Source: the human T2T-CHM13v2.0 reference genome, Homo sapiens
Direction: 5' to 3' (one strand)
DNA: 64,000 nt
Assembly: GCF_009914755.1 (NCBI RefSeq)
Contig: NC_060928.1
Part shown: positions 17,169 through 30,414 of the stretch, piece by piece
How positions within the stretch are numbered: position 1 is the stretch's first letter
Layout of the letters: each line of letters starts with the position of its first letter
Position numbers and translations under genes: made by a program
Notes under the pieces: generated by a model
Database searches by the model: none
What the model saw: the letters and a program-made list of their open reading frames with translations, nothing else
Told to the model about the DNA's origin: nothing

Positions 17169-17323
17169 TAAATAGATTTCAAAAAAAAAATTGGGAGGTG
17201 AAAGGACAAAACCTACATTTGGATGAAGAAGAGTTTATTGATTTGAGAGCACCCAACTGAGATGCAATATTAGCACCTGGTAAGGACCTCAGGAAATGAC
17301 ACAACTGGCTACTAGGAAGGCTC

Positions 17324-17662
<339 letters not shown>

Positions 17663-18269
17663 TTACTGATTAAAGGTGAAATGGTAGAATTTCTGTGGCA
17701 GACAATGAAGGAAGAAATTAAAAGTCCCAAGAAAGTGGGCATCTAGGAATAGATATATAATGTATGGCCAGGAGATCCAATAGTAGATTATGTTCCACAG
17801 GAAGACTTAGAGGTTAAGCTATATTCAACAAAGCTATAAAGCATGTGCTGGTAAGAGAAACACCAACATTACTAAAACCGTTAGTAGTCAGTGGTCGTCC
17901 TGGTAAGTCAGAGCCAAAGATAGGAGAGGCCATAATAATTTAAGCTTACTGATAACAATAGAAATAAAAGAACCTTAAAACAATAAAGAATAGTGGTGAT
18001 ACTTAACTGCCAAGAGCCAAATGAACACAATATTCATGAGTCATAGGGTCAGAATGGTATCCAAGGGAAAAAGACCCACAGAGATGGTTAATATAAACTG
18101 ATATCACAAAGGCCAGTCAGAAAGGGTATTTCTTAGCTTTTACTACCAGAAAAAATATCAACAATTGATGATCAGAAGACTGAGGAAAATTGTCTCAAAC
18201 AAAAAGTTGACATCCCTTGCCCAGTTTTCAGATGTGAGCCAGTTTTCAGAAGAGAAGTCCCTAAATTAG

Positions 18270-18604
<335 letters not shown>

Positions 18605-18789
18605 CGACAACTTTTTATCTGATTGTATGCACTGGTCAAAATTGATAGATCTGCATACTTTATAAAGGGCACATTGTACTGTATACTATATATGTAAATT
18701 ATATCACAATAAAATTACTTTAAAAAAACAGAAAAATTAGTTCAAATTATGCCCCATCTCTACTATCATTCTTTTTGACATTTTTCATT

Positions 18790-19292
18790 GGCTGCCTATT
18801 ACTTCTAGCCTACTTAATTGCATTTTCTGGACTCTGCTTTAACTCTCTTAGCTAATCTTGTATCACTTTCTCCATTTTTCTGTGTGTTCCTGTCACCCTG
18901 GTTCTTTGTCATTTCTTCAAATAGTCTGTCCTTCACCACAGGGGCTATGTATTTGGTACTTAACTCTTACACATCTATAGTGTATCAACTTAACTATCAC
19001 ATATTTTAAAGAAGCCTTTTCTAAAATTAAAGATCTGGGTAAGTTTCTTCTAAAAGGTTTCAGTGACTCATACATCTTTCCTACGGAGCACTTACTTCGG
19101 TGAATATTTAAATATTCGTAAGTAGGATTGTATGATTGATAATTTTCTCCCCAGTGTAACCTATAAAATTATGTACTGTGAAGCCCATTTGCTTTTCTAT
19201 ACCATTTTTCTCCCATTACTTAGGACAATGCCTGACACAGTCCATATTTTGAATAAGTGTATCTCACATTACAGGATAAATGAATAAATAAG
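18790..19292 (+). mobile_element. L2 3' fragment
   Basis: Ends TAGGACAATGCCTGACACAG..TTTTGAATAA..ATAAATGAATAAAT, a typical L2 terminus. Confidence 0.5.
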
Positions 19293-20143
19293 TATTTTCA
19301 GGACATGATTTTCTATCTTCATCTTTAGGAGGTATTAGTCAGCAGTTATTCATATTTTTATCTGCACATGCATGGATATTTTAATGATGAATATCAAATT
19401 TACCAGGTATTTATCTATCTTATTATGTTAAACAATCAGTAAAAGTGATTTTTTAAAATAAATTTATTTATAACAACCATAAATTCCCTTTACAGTATTT
19501 CACAAGAATTGCAGGGTCAAATAAAATGTCAAGTTGACATTCAATCTAATTTGAGTTTTAAAGCAATACCCAATATAAACTATAAGTAATAATTACCATT
19601 TAAAATATTCATTAAAGTCACTCACTTTAGATGTAGTTATGACCAACCTAGGTATATTTCTGGGACAGAATTACATGGCTTAGATAAGCCTTAAAAAAAA
19701 CTAGTAAATAGCATTTCCTATACATATTCACTATTATTTGTTTTCAGACCCTTCACTTTGTTTAGTAAATTTTTCATCTTATGTGTTCTTCAGAGCATAA
19801 AATCTAGTTGGGGGCAAATGACCCTCTGAACATTCCATGAAATTTTTTATGCCTATTGTTATCACTATCCTTGCACATCTGGTTGTATTTCAATTGTTAC
19901 AAATACAATATTCAAATGTTCTCCTCATATGAACCTTTAAAAGTAAGCAAGGCAATGAATGAAGGGCAGAATAGACATAGATTCCCAGTGAATAAATGAC
20001 TGGTTATCTAAATTTGAGAGCAGCAATCTGGCTTTATCACATTATTCACAGATAGGAAATCATATTTGAGATAAGTGTGATATAAAATTTATGTTCAAAG
20101 GGGTGAGAAGGAAAACTTCCTTTCAGAGTTTTAAATTTGGCTA

Positions 20144-20276
20144 TTTTATTTTATTTTTAAAGAGGTATGGTCTCACTATGCTGTCCAGGCTGGCCTCAAA
20201 ATCCTGGACTCAAGTAATCCTCCCACTCCAGCCTTCCAAATAGCTGGGATTACCAGTGCATTACACTGCACACAGA
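20144..20276 (-). mobile_element. FLAM (free left Alu monomer)
   Basis: Single monomer: GGTCTCACTATGCTGTCCAGGCTGG..CTCAAGTAATCCTCCC..GCTGGGATTAC. Confidence 0.75.
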
Positions 20277-20314
20277 TAAATCCACTAATTTTATAGTGGC
20301 TATCATATAAATCA

Positions 20315-20316
<2 letters not shown>

Positions 20317-20355
<39 letters not shown>

Positions 20356-20371
20356 TGCGTGTGTGTGTGTG
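20317..20371. repeat. (GT)n microsatellite
   Basis: Direct read; one internal CTGC interruption. Confidence 0.98.
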
Positions 20372-21988
20372 ATTTTAAAGCCTTAGTGGGAAAAAATACT
20401 ATATAAGTGATTATTTCTGTCATTATCCTTAATGTATCTGCTCACTGTCTGATTTTTGATGCTAACAGCTTGATAGATCAATAAATTTAGATGTAGACTG
20501 AAAAGAAATAGGTATTTAATTAAGATGTTGATTATAAAAACTCCATTGAACAGATGACGATCACCCGAAAGAAACAAGCAGGTGTACCCAACAAATGGCA
20601 AGCCCACTGATTTAATGTTTATTTAGAAAGAAAATTAAATTATATGACAAATCATTTCCCAAACACATGCAGATGTCTGGATCAATAGTTAACATATCAA
20701 GTGTTTTATTTTTCTCATAAACATTATTTAGTACATTTGAAATTGTTGCCTTGAAGTGGTAGACTCAACTGTTTCGGATAAAGTGATGAATTAAAATGAA
20801 TTGAGATAATTACTTTCATAGGCAAGATATCGGAGTAATTAAGTTTCCACACTCACATTACCGCCATGCTACATTGCACAATATCCAAATTTGTTTAAGA
20901 AGGCCAGCGGACTGATTATGGCAAGCTTTCATCTACACCCTTTTTTAAAGAGAGGTAGATTTTAGCTTCATTATTAAAGGAAACTTCTTTACCTCTGTCT
21001 TATCTCTGTATCTCAAATGTGTTACATAGTGGCTAGTAAACTTGTTATAATGACTTGTCAAATTGATCAGTAAAAATGAATGAGTAATAAGTGACATAAC
21101 CAAAATTGTGACTGAATGATTGAGAGGCTCGATGACAAAATGAAGAAATGCAAGAGCTGTAATGGAAAATAATACATGGTGAAGAAGAATTATGAAACCT
21201 TTTAGAAAATCCACTATTTTAAATCTTTTAGTCAGAAAGAAATATCAAGGAAAAATTATCTCATAGGAATTACTCCAAATCAAGAGGAGGTTACTCTGCT
21301 AGATTGTTTATAGAACCTAGTATAGAGGTTCTAGCTATCTAATTGGATAATTAAAGGAAAGAAAAAAAACCTGAAATGGGGAAATTTGGAAACATTTAGG
21401 TTACAATGTCTTATTAACGTACCACTATATATTATTCTAATTATCTATTTAACATAGGCACACATATAAAAATATTTGGAGAAAGAAAAACTAATGGTGT
21501 TTATATTTAGGAGATGAGATTATGATTATTATTTATCTAATTATACCATTTGTTACTTTCTAAAGTATATAAAATTAAAAATATTTCTTTATAATCATTA
21601 AAAGTGTCTATGGTTTACTCAGACAAAAGAAATCAATGGTTGTTACATTTAGAAAAATTATATTTTTTTCTATGATGTGGTCAAAAAGTAGCCATATGCT
21701 GTGGGATAAACAAACCTCAGGAATACTTGGTAAGATAATAATCAGAATCTCACAAAATGAAACTGAAAAGTCACATATGATTTTACCATTATTAATGAAT
21801 TATTAGTGTTGTATTATTTTCCAAACTAAGAACAAAAATATTTTCTAAAATATGTACCCTGTATGGAAAAATAAATTCAGTATGAACAACATGTCTAGGG
21901 ATACATCTGCATAGCTCACCAGCAGAACTTAGTATGGGAAGATAAGCTTAGAAATTAGTCTTCTCAGATAGGGTAAAGAAAATGTGCT

Positions 21989-23175
<1,187 letters not shown>

Positions 23176-23359
23176 AAAAAAAAGTGCTGGAAAACTAAAT
23201 GTTTTTGGCTTGAATTAGACACATATCCTTTTAATGAACAGTAACTACAGTCAAGGAATTGCTAGCTCTGTTTGACCGAACTTAAGTCCTTTGATCTGGG
23301 TAACCACATCCCAAACATATAAACTGGCAGGGCAGTAATGGGCAAGTCCCCAGAAGAAT

Positions 23360-23695
23360 TTATTTATTTATGTGATACATTTATTAAGTGCCCTCTATGT
23401 TCCAAACAAGTTTTGTGTGGGAAAGATAACTCTGAAAAATAAAAGTGATAACAAGTGTCTGCATTTATAGAACATACATTCTATTTAAAAAGTGAGTAAA
23501 TTAGATAAGCAAGTAAACTATGTTGATAGGTGATGAGGATTATGGGGAAAAAAAGTACAAGGACTTGGGATAAAGATTGGTGGAGGGAAAGGGTTGCAAG
23601 GTTAAACAGGGTGGCAAGAAAAGCCCTTACTGAGAAGGTGACACTCAAATAAATACTTGAAGAAGTGAAGAGGCTGCCACGTGCATAAGTAGGGA
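23360..23695 (-). mobile_element. L2 fragment
   Basis: CATTTATTAAGTGCCCTCTATGTTCCA..AGGGTGGCAAGAAAAGCCCTTACTGAGAAGGTGACA. Confidence 0.65.
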
Positions 23696-23993
23696 CATTT
23701 CAGTTCAGTTACCAGAGATAGGGGAAGAAATTCTGGGTGACAAAAGGAATAATTTTCAGCTACAAGCATTTCCTTCTTAAGACTCAGGAATACTTATCCA
23801 GGAAGTGATAACCTGCTCAAGTTTATTTAGATTGCTTAACATCGGCTACTGAAGATGGAGATACATAAACTAGAATCACCACAACTTGAACAGAGAGGCT
23901 CACTTCCCCTCTAACATGAAACTCCCTGCATACTATTTACCTAATTCTCAAATTTATGAGGTATTTTGCCTGAACTGCTCCTGGGAAGATCAC

Positions 23994-24700
23994 TGTCACA
24001 GCATGGGTACTCTGAAAACAGACACTGAGAAGGTATTTGGGGTGTCAGCTGTTGATTAGGAATCCACATCTGCGGAGGAAGGGGGAAGAAGCAGGACTGC
24101 ACAAAAGAGACTGTCAAACTATGATAGAGGCCTGAAAATGCCTGTCTCCAAACAATTTAGAAAGGAGATTGGTTTGGAGGCCTAGGTGGGTGAGTCACCA
24201 GATCAGGAGTTCCAGACCAGCCTGGCCAACATGGTGAAACCCCGGCTGTACTAAAAATATTAAAATTAGCTGGGCGTGGTGGTGGACACCTGTAATCTCA
24301 CCAACTCAGGAGGCTGAGGCAGGAGAATCGCTTCAACCTGGGAGGCGGAGGTCGCAGTGAGTTGAGATCATGCTATTGCACTCCAGCCTGGGCGACAAGA
24401 GCAAGACTCCCTCTCAAAAAAAAAAAAAAAAAAAAAAAAAGGAGATTGGAGAAAGAACTGCCTATCAGAGTGTCTTGAACTATGCAGAAATAGCTTGCCT
24501 GTTACAGTGCTGTATCACTCAATCACTAGAGGCAGGCTCTCTAAGGACAAGCATCACTCCAGCCAAGGTGGTTCTTTACACCTGAAGATGCACTGAAGAA
24601 ATTGACAAGAGGAGGCTCTGTGATGAGCACACAGCCTGCAGCTGGGCATAAAGACCTTCCACAAATGGAGATATACTTGCCACATCACTGCATGTACCAC
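23994..24700 (-). mobile_element. ERVL LTR (LTR16-like), interrupted by an Alu
   Basis: GGGTACTCTGAAAACAGACACTGAGA..GAAGAAGCAGGACTG.. resembles LTR16-family reverse complement; adjoins minus-strand ERVL sequence. Confidence 0.5.
24173..24440 (+). mobile_element. 5'-truncated Alu (AluS)
   Basis: Begins at TTTGGAGG, missing about the first 35 nt including the A box. Perfect 12-bp TSD AAAGGAGATTGG (24161-24172 / 24438-24449). Confidence 0.93.
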
Positions 24701-25344
24701 TGTTTAATCTAATGGACCACATAGATCAATTTCTCCATTTACAATTGGGCAGCAGCTCCTTTAAGATCATTGTTGGCACCCCTTATTTTCCTAGATCTTT
24801 CTAGTAGAAAGATATTTATACTTTCAGGTCTTTGAAAGGCTTGCTTTATACTTCCATTCTTTATACTTTCAGATCTTTGATAGGCTTGCTTGCTAGATCT
24901 TTATCACAATCCATGAGTTTGTATACATATTAATCCAGGGTCAGTTATTCTTCTAAACAATGCAAAGATCAAGTGACACACCTTTCAAGCCTCTTTTCAT
25001 TGAGGGAATAAATGTTCCCTTGTTATTGGCTTTCAAAGCTATACCTAAATGAGGCCATTGTGAAGCTGACATCCATTTTTGGCTTGTATCTACATACTAA
25101 ATTGAACCAAACATAAACAAACTTTAGGATTTTTTTTTTCCCAGCTGGTTGTATGGGGCCCCATACAGCCATAGGCACAACATGAGGAAAGATTACTGGG
25201 GCAAGACTGGTGAGTACATAAGGTTTTGGGTTTCTACTTGTATGACTTATACATGACCAGTTGTTCTGGTGTGTTTTGATCTGGTGCACTTCCTGAGACA
25301 TAGAACAATTAGTGATACAACTGGGACAGTCCCAGACAAAGCAA

Positions 25345-25868
25345 TACATTGCAACATAACAAATTATCTCAAAAATAGCAGCATAAAATGAACAAAAGAA
25401 AACATTTATTTTCTTACACAGTTTCTGAGAGTCATGAATCAAGAAGTAGATTAGCTGGTTAGTTCTGACTCAGGGTCACACATGAGGTTGCAATAAAGCT
25501 GTCATCTGGGGCTATAGTTTCTGGAGACTTGATTAGGGATGAAAGATCCACTGCAATCTCACTCACCTAGCTGTTGGCAGGAAGCTTCAGTTACTCACCA
25601 TGTAAGCTTATCTATAGGATTGATCTCAACATAGCACCTAACTTCCCCAGAGACAGTGATGAGAGAGAAGGAGAATGAAAGAATGTAACAGAAACAAATG
25701 CCGCAGTGTCTTTTATAACCCTATCTTGAAAGTGGTATTCCATTACTTCTGCCAGATTTTACTGGTCACATATGCCCAGCCTAAAACAATGCAGGATGGG
25801 ATTATACAAGAGTGGGAATACAAGAGGCAGGATCCCTGGGGATATCTTAAGGTTGCACACTGCTCAAG
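25345..25868 (-). mobile_element. MaLR solo LTR, MLT1F-like
   Basis: ATAACAAATTA..CATTTATT..CACAGTTTCTG..TTAGCTGG..TTCTGACTCAGGGTC..CATTACTTCTGCCA..AATACAAGAGGCAGGATC. Confidence 0.7.
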
Positions 25869-26569
25869 CACTTTGTTTTTACCCTCTGGCTCTTATTACG
25901 TTAGAGCCCAGACGTAACTTACAATGTTGAGTGTGTCTCGTGACTTTGTGGGTCCCATAAGGCTCCTTTCATAATGGAGAGTTTTGGATGTGTGGTGTTC
26001 CATCATTAGGCATGATGTCTCTATTAGGAGCAAGTAGTATGATAGGAGTATTTTGTTTTTCTCAAAAGACATTGAATTATCTGCAGTGGCTATGATAGCC
26101 TTGATTTATCACCCCAGGGCTCTACATTAGGACTTCCCCATACATTTTGCCTCATAGTCTTCAGGGTCTTTTTTCACCATTGATACCACCATAATTGAAG
26201 GGTCTTCCAGATACAATGTTCCAAGAGATAGGTCTTCTTGCATCACAGCCTGGACCTGCTGCTGAGAAAATTCCTGCTCAGGGCTCTATGCACAGCTGCC
26301 AGCCCTTTGTAACACCCATTACCTTGACCAGAACATTTCCCCTAGATGTATAATATACTGTCTCCAGATCTCACAGAGGCCCACCAGGAACTGAAGTTCT
26401 GCCACTGTGATAGGAAACATGAAATGCAATAATTTGTCCTATAATTAGAGGAGATGTCCTAGCATGACTTTGACAATTTGTCCACTAAATATTTTATGAC
26501 TATGACTCCATTTACCATTGTGTTTTGGTGGAAGAATCAGACAATTTGTCACTTTTGTTCACAGGTCTC

Positions 26570-27256
26570 TAGATTGAAAGAAAACATACTTGGCAACAGC
26601 ACTTAAAGAAGTATACTTGAAAAGTGACATCTGTACCTGGACCTGATGTATATGAGGAGATTCTAGATTTTGATCTGATGCTATAATGGGAAGGAATTTT
26701 GTTGTCTAAAGGACTGTGGGGAGATAAATTTTGTATGTAAGGGAGAACATGAATCATCTTTGGTAATCTGAGGGCAGAGTATGGTGTTCATGCTCCAGCA
26801 TGACCCTCAATGATTCCTCTTTCATGTTTTTCATCTCTTAGTATGGTCCCTTATCACATTAAGTTGGGCTGACCAATGTGACCACTAGGATATTGCAGAA
26901 ATGATGGAGTGTAACTTCTATGATTGGGCCATAAAAGATATTGTGGTTTTCATTTTGCCAACTCTTGGATCTGAGATCTCTTGCCAATAGCCAGAGATAA
27001 ATTAAAGCCCTCTGCCAATGGCTACCATGAGTGAGACATCTTAGCAGCAGAGTTTTAAGCCTCACTCAAGCTTTCAGATGACAGCAGCTCTGGCCAATAT
27101 CCCAAATGCAACTTTTGATAGACTCTGAGCCAGAACCACCCAGCTAAGCCTCTCCTCAATTCCTAATCCACAGAAACTTGGAAATAATGAATGTCTATTG
27201 TTCAAAGCTTCTATGTTTGATGATAATGTGTTAAACAGCAATAGTTTAATAATACT
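26570..27256 (+). mobile_element. MLT1 internal 3' end (to 26780) plus MLT1F-like LTR (26781-27256)
   Basis: MaLR-int terminus (TTTTGTATGT..GGGAGAACATGAAT..GAGGGCAGAG), then LTR with GACTCTGAGCCAGAACCACCCAGCTAAGCC. Confidence 0.7.
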
Positions 27257-28178
27257 TCCACTTATACCTAGCCTGGAAAGAAAGTCGGTGGACTTTACAT
27301 TCACATGGACCATCTATAACGTTTGGCCACACATATTATTGGAAAAAGAAAAATCTAGAGCTTAACAAGACTGACTACTTATACATCAATATATATTGAT
27401 TGAAGACTCTTTCAATAGGTCTGTGAGTTACCTGATCTACTGCCCTTATAGATGCTAATTAAATCAGAGCTAGAAATGAAATCATTTTTTAAGGTAAGTT
27501 TTCCCATGAAATAGGATTAGGAAATAAATTTCCTTTTTTTTTCTCCATAGAATTTCCAGGAACTAGAGTTAAAAACAAGTTGAATTTTGAGTCAGATTTC
27601 TTTTTTCTCTCCAGAGAGAGAGATCCAACTCTCAACCAATTTATGGGAAGGATATGGTATGTTTTTGACAATAAAAAAGATTTTCACGATATTCATAATA
27701 AAAGCTTTTTATATAAGGCCTTACTAATAATGCCATATGCTACTACAATATTATAAATTTTTGCCCAAAATTCTCAAAAGGAGAGTAGAAGAGAGAAAAT
27801 TATGCAGATTCCCCCTTAGGGAAGAGAATATTGCTGCAAGCTACAGTTTAGAGTCACAGTCTTGCAATTTCCATGCAGACAGAAATGTAAAGCAAGTTCA
27901 AAACTTGCCAAACTCCTTTGAAGATTAATTCTGCCCAAAGTACCTGATAGTTTTCTTTTTATTTCTGACAGAATGGCCCAGACCTTACAAAAAATGACTT
28001 ATTGCATTTGAAGACAAAATAAATGATACAACTAAAATTCCATTTAAAGCATCTTGGGAAGAACTTGAGATTTTTAAATAAGCACATCATCACCAAGCCT
28101 AGAAAGCTGACAGGGTACACTCCAATACTTTTCACCCTGATGAAGTCCTATTCTTTACTTTTATAGTCACTCTTATCC

Positions 28179-28640
28179 TTGTTCCCCTTCTTATGCCACC
28201 CTCTACCTCTCCCCAGCTATCTCCACACTATCAATCTCACTCACTCTCTCCTAGCAGTTTCTAATCCTTTAACAAACAATTGCTGGCTTTGCATTTCTCT
28301 TTCCTCCAAAATTGCTGAGGGCTCAATTTACTCACTGATAAAAAAAAAAAAAGGACTGTGTATATTTTTAAATGGTAAGTGTTGTTTTTACCTAAATCAA
28401 TCTGGCCTGGTATATGATAACATAAAAAATCTCAAGGATAGAGCCTAAACTTGCCAACCAAGCAAGTAATTACGCTGATCCCCCTTGGGCACTCTAATTG
28501 GATGTCCTGGATCCTCCCAATTCTTAGTCCTTTAGTACCTGTTTTTCTCCTTCTCTTATTCAGACCTTGTGTCTTCTGTTTAGTTTCTCAATTCATCCAA
28601 AACCCTATCCAGGCCATCATCAATCATTCTAATACAAAAA
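28179..28640 (+). pseudogene. env: HERV-H env remnant (internally deleted, frameshifted)
   Basis: SU CWLC motif (28281-28292), ISD-like LQNC*GLNLLT in another frame, TM CX6CC (CIFLNGKCC), and hydrophobic anchor WMSWILPILSPLVPVFLLLLF in ORF 28451. Confidence 0.85.
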
Positions 28641-28861
28641 ATGCTCCTTCTAACAACCCCACAATATCACCCCTTACCACAAAATCTTCATTCAGCTTAA
28701 TCTCTCCCACTCTAGCTTCCCACGCCGCCCCAACCCCGCTCGAAGCAGCCCTGAGAAATATCGCCCATTATCTCTCCATAACACTCCCGCAAAATTTTCG
28801 CTGCCCCAACACTTCAACACTATTTTATTTTATTTTTCTTATTAATATAAGAAGACAGAAA

Positions 28862-29183
28862 TGTCAGGCCTCTGAGCCCAAGCCTGCACGTATACATCCA
28901 GATGGCCTGAAGTAAGTGAAGAATCACAAAATAAGTGAAAATGGCTGTTTCCTGCCTTAACTGATGACATTACCTTGTGAAATTCCTTCTCCTGGCTCAG
29001 AAGCTCCCCCAATGACCACCTTATGACCCCCGCCCCTGTCCACCAGAGAACAGCCCCTTTGGCTAAAATTTTCCACTACCTACCCAAATCCTATAAAACG
29101 GCTCCACCCCTATCTCCCTTCTTTGACTCTATTTTCGGACTCAGCGCGCCTGCACCCAGGTGAAGTAAACAGCCTTGTTGCTT
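28862..29183 (+). promoter_or_regulatory. LTR7-family U3-R with TATA box (29092-29098) and variant polyA signal AGTAAA (29164-29169)
   Basis: CCTATAAAACGGCTCCACCCC matches the HERV-H LTR core promoter. Activity is unknown. Confidence 0.6.
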
Positions 29184-29771
29184 AAAAAAAAAAAAAAAAA
29201 AAAAGCACATCATCACCAAGCTAGAAAGCATTAGAAACTTATCTGTTGTTTATGTATGTATAACGAAAAGCTACAAGTTATCCTCTCTGTTTCCCTCATT
29301 TTCAGTTTGAGTCACACAGCTTGTGAATGCACATTGCTCACATCCCATACATTGCAAATTGATTAGCTAAGCCACCTATGTGGGGCAGCACAGCCATTAC
29401 TACCTCACATAGAAGGCCTACATCAAGAGTGTAAGAAGGCCATAGTTACACAGACAGGAGTTTTTTAGGACTAGGTTATTTGTGGGGTGGTGATATGTCG
29501 TCTAACACATTTTGAGTATGAGAAGTATAAAACATTAGAGCTGCAGATGGAGCTGTTGGCTTGTTGGAACAGTGCAGAAGGGTGGCTTTGCTCGAAGGAG
29601 GCTGTGCTTCCTTTCACTGATGAAAGTGTTGATTTCTTACATATGCTCTGAGTCCCATGAGCCACACTAGGGTCCTTTTAAATTAACTCCATCCGTGAGT
29701 AATTTATGCCTCTCATAAGGTAACCTCAGAAACAAGAGGCAAGATGCCTGTTATAGGTCATTATATGCATT

Positions 29772-29776
<5 letters not shown>

Positions 29777-29822
<46 letters not shown>
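29777..29822. repeat. (GT)n microsatellite, ~23 units
   Basis: Direct read. Confidence 0.98.
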
Positions 29823-29824
<2 letters not shown>

Positions 29825-30347
29825 CAGGGGAGAGACATGTGTGAAGTAACCAGCTAGAAAAGGAGCATGAAACTATTAAGGAGGCTACAAAAAGAGGTAC
29901 CAAGAAAGGGTCCCTCTAAGGAAAAAATATAATCTCCCAATGACAAAACAGATTGCCATTGAGACCCTGCTATACCTAGAAAATATCTGAGCCAGATTAT
30001 TTTGAGTAATTAATAAAGACCTTTCCTTAATTTTCATTTCCTCTGCATCAGTTCCAATCCTGATGTAAGATACTGCCTAGGAAGGAGGAAGTATGAGTAG
30101 AAGATATCTAAGAAGAAGAAATGAAAATCAGTCACAACACCCTTCCCCACTGTAGGCCTCACAGCCTAAATGAATTTTAAACTAGCAAAGGGAAGAAGCC
30201 TCAATAAATGAACTTGAGTGTTGAGATTAGTAAACTGGTCTAGACATTTTAATCTTATTTTCTAAGAGTAGGAAAAAAGTCACAAAATTGTCTTTACAAC
30301 CTAATATCAGGTATGAAAAAGTGCATTGAGTAGATTTGAAAGTAAAC

Positions 30348-30414
30348 TAAACAAGTTGGTAAAAATAAACAAGTTGGTAAAAATAAACAAGTTGGTAAAA
30401 ATAAACAAGTTGGT
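30348..30414. repeat. Perfect 18-bp minisatellite TAAACAAGTTGGTAAAAA x3.7
   Basis: Units start at 30348, 30366 and 30384, with a 13-bp partial unit at 30402; no mismatches. Confidence 0.97.

Larger units (their letters stand above)
24701..27340 (-). mobile_element. Decayed ERVL pol/pro remnant, interrupted by two MaLR insertions
   Basis: Reverse complement of ~25990-26090 resembles ERVL ADNYSPFE..ACYWALVETE..MGHQV coding sequence. 27255-27335 resembles the protease region. Confidence 0.5.
28106..29204 (+). mobile_element. HERV-H processed retrocopy: 5'-truncated env remnant + PPT + LTR7-family U3-R + polyA, no U5
   Basis: HERV-H internal sequence from GCTGACAGGGTACACTCCAATAC. PPT AAGAAGACAGAAA, then LTR TGTCAGGCCTCTGAGCCCAAGC from 28862. 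Ends AGTAAACAGCCTTGTTGCTT + A21. Flanking direct repeat AAGCACATCATCACCAAGC(C)TAGAAAGC. Confidence 0.92.

Noticed and set aside
28106-29204. Solo LTR7 or remnant of an integrated provirus; functional env
   Set aside because: U5 is replaced by polyA and the TSD is long; env is deleted, frameshifted and has no upstream promoter.
29300-30290. Possible very old LTR around the (GT)n
   Set aside because: Composition is suggestive, but I could not fix termini or family.
30348-30414. CRISPR-like array or LVKINK-repeat protein
   Set aside because: The units are contiguous with no spacers, there are no cas genes, the DNA is eukaryotic, and the ORF has a TTG start and simply reads through the repeat.
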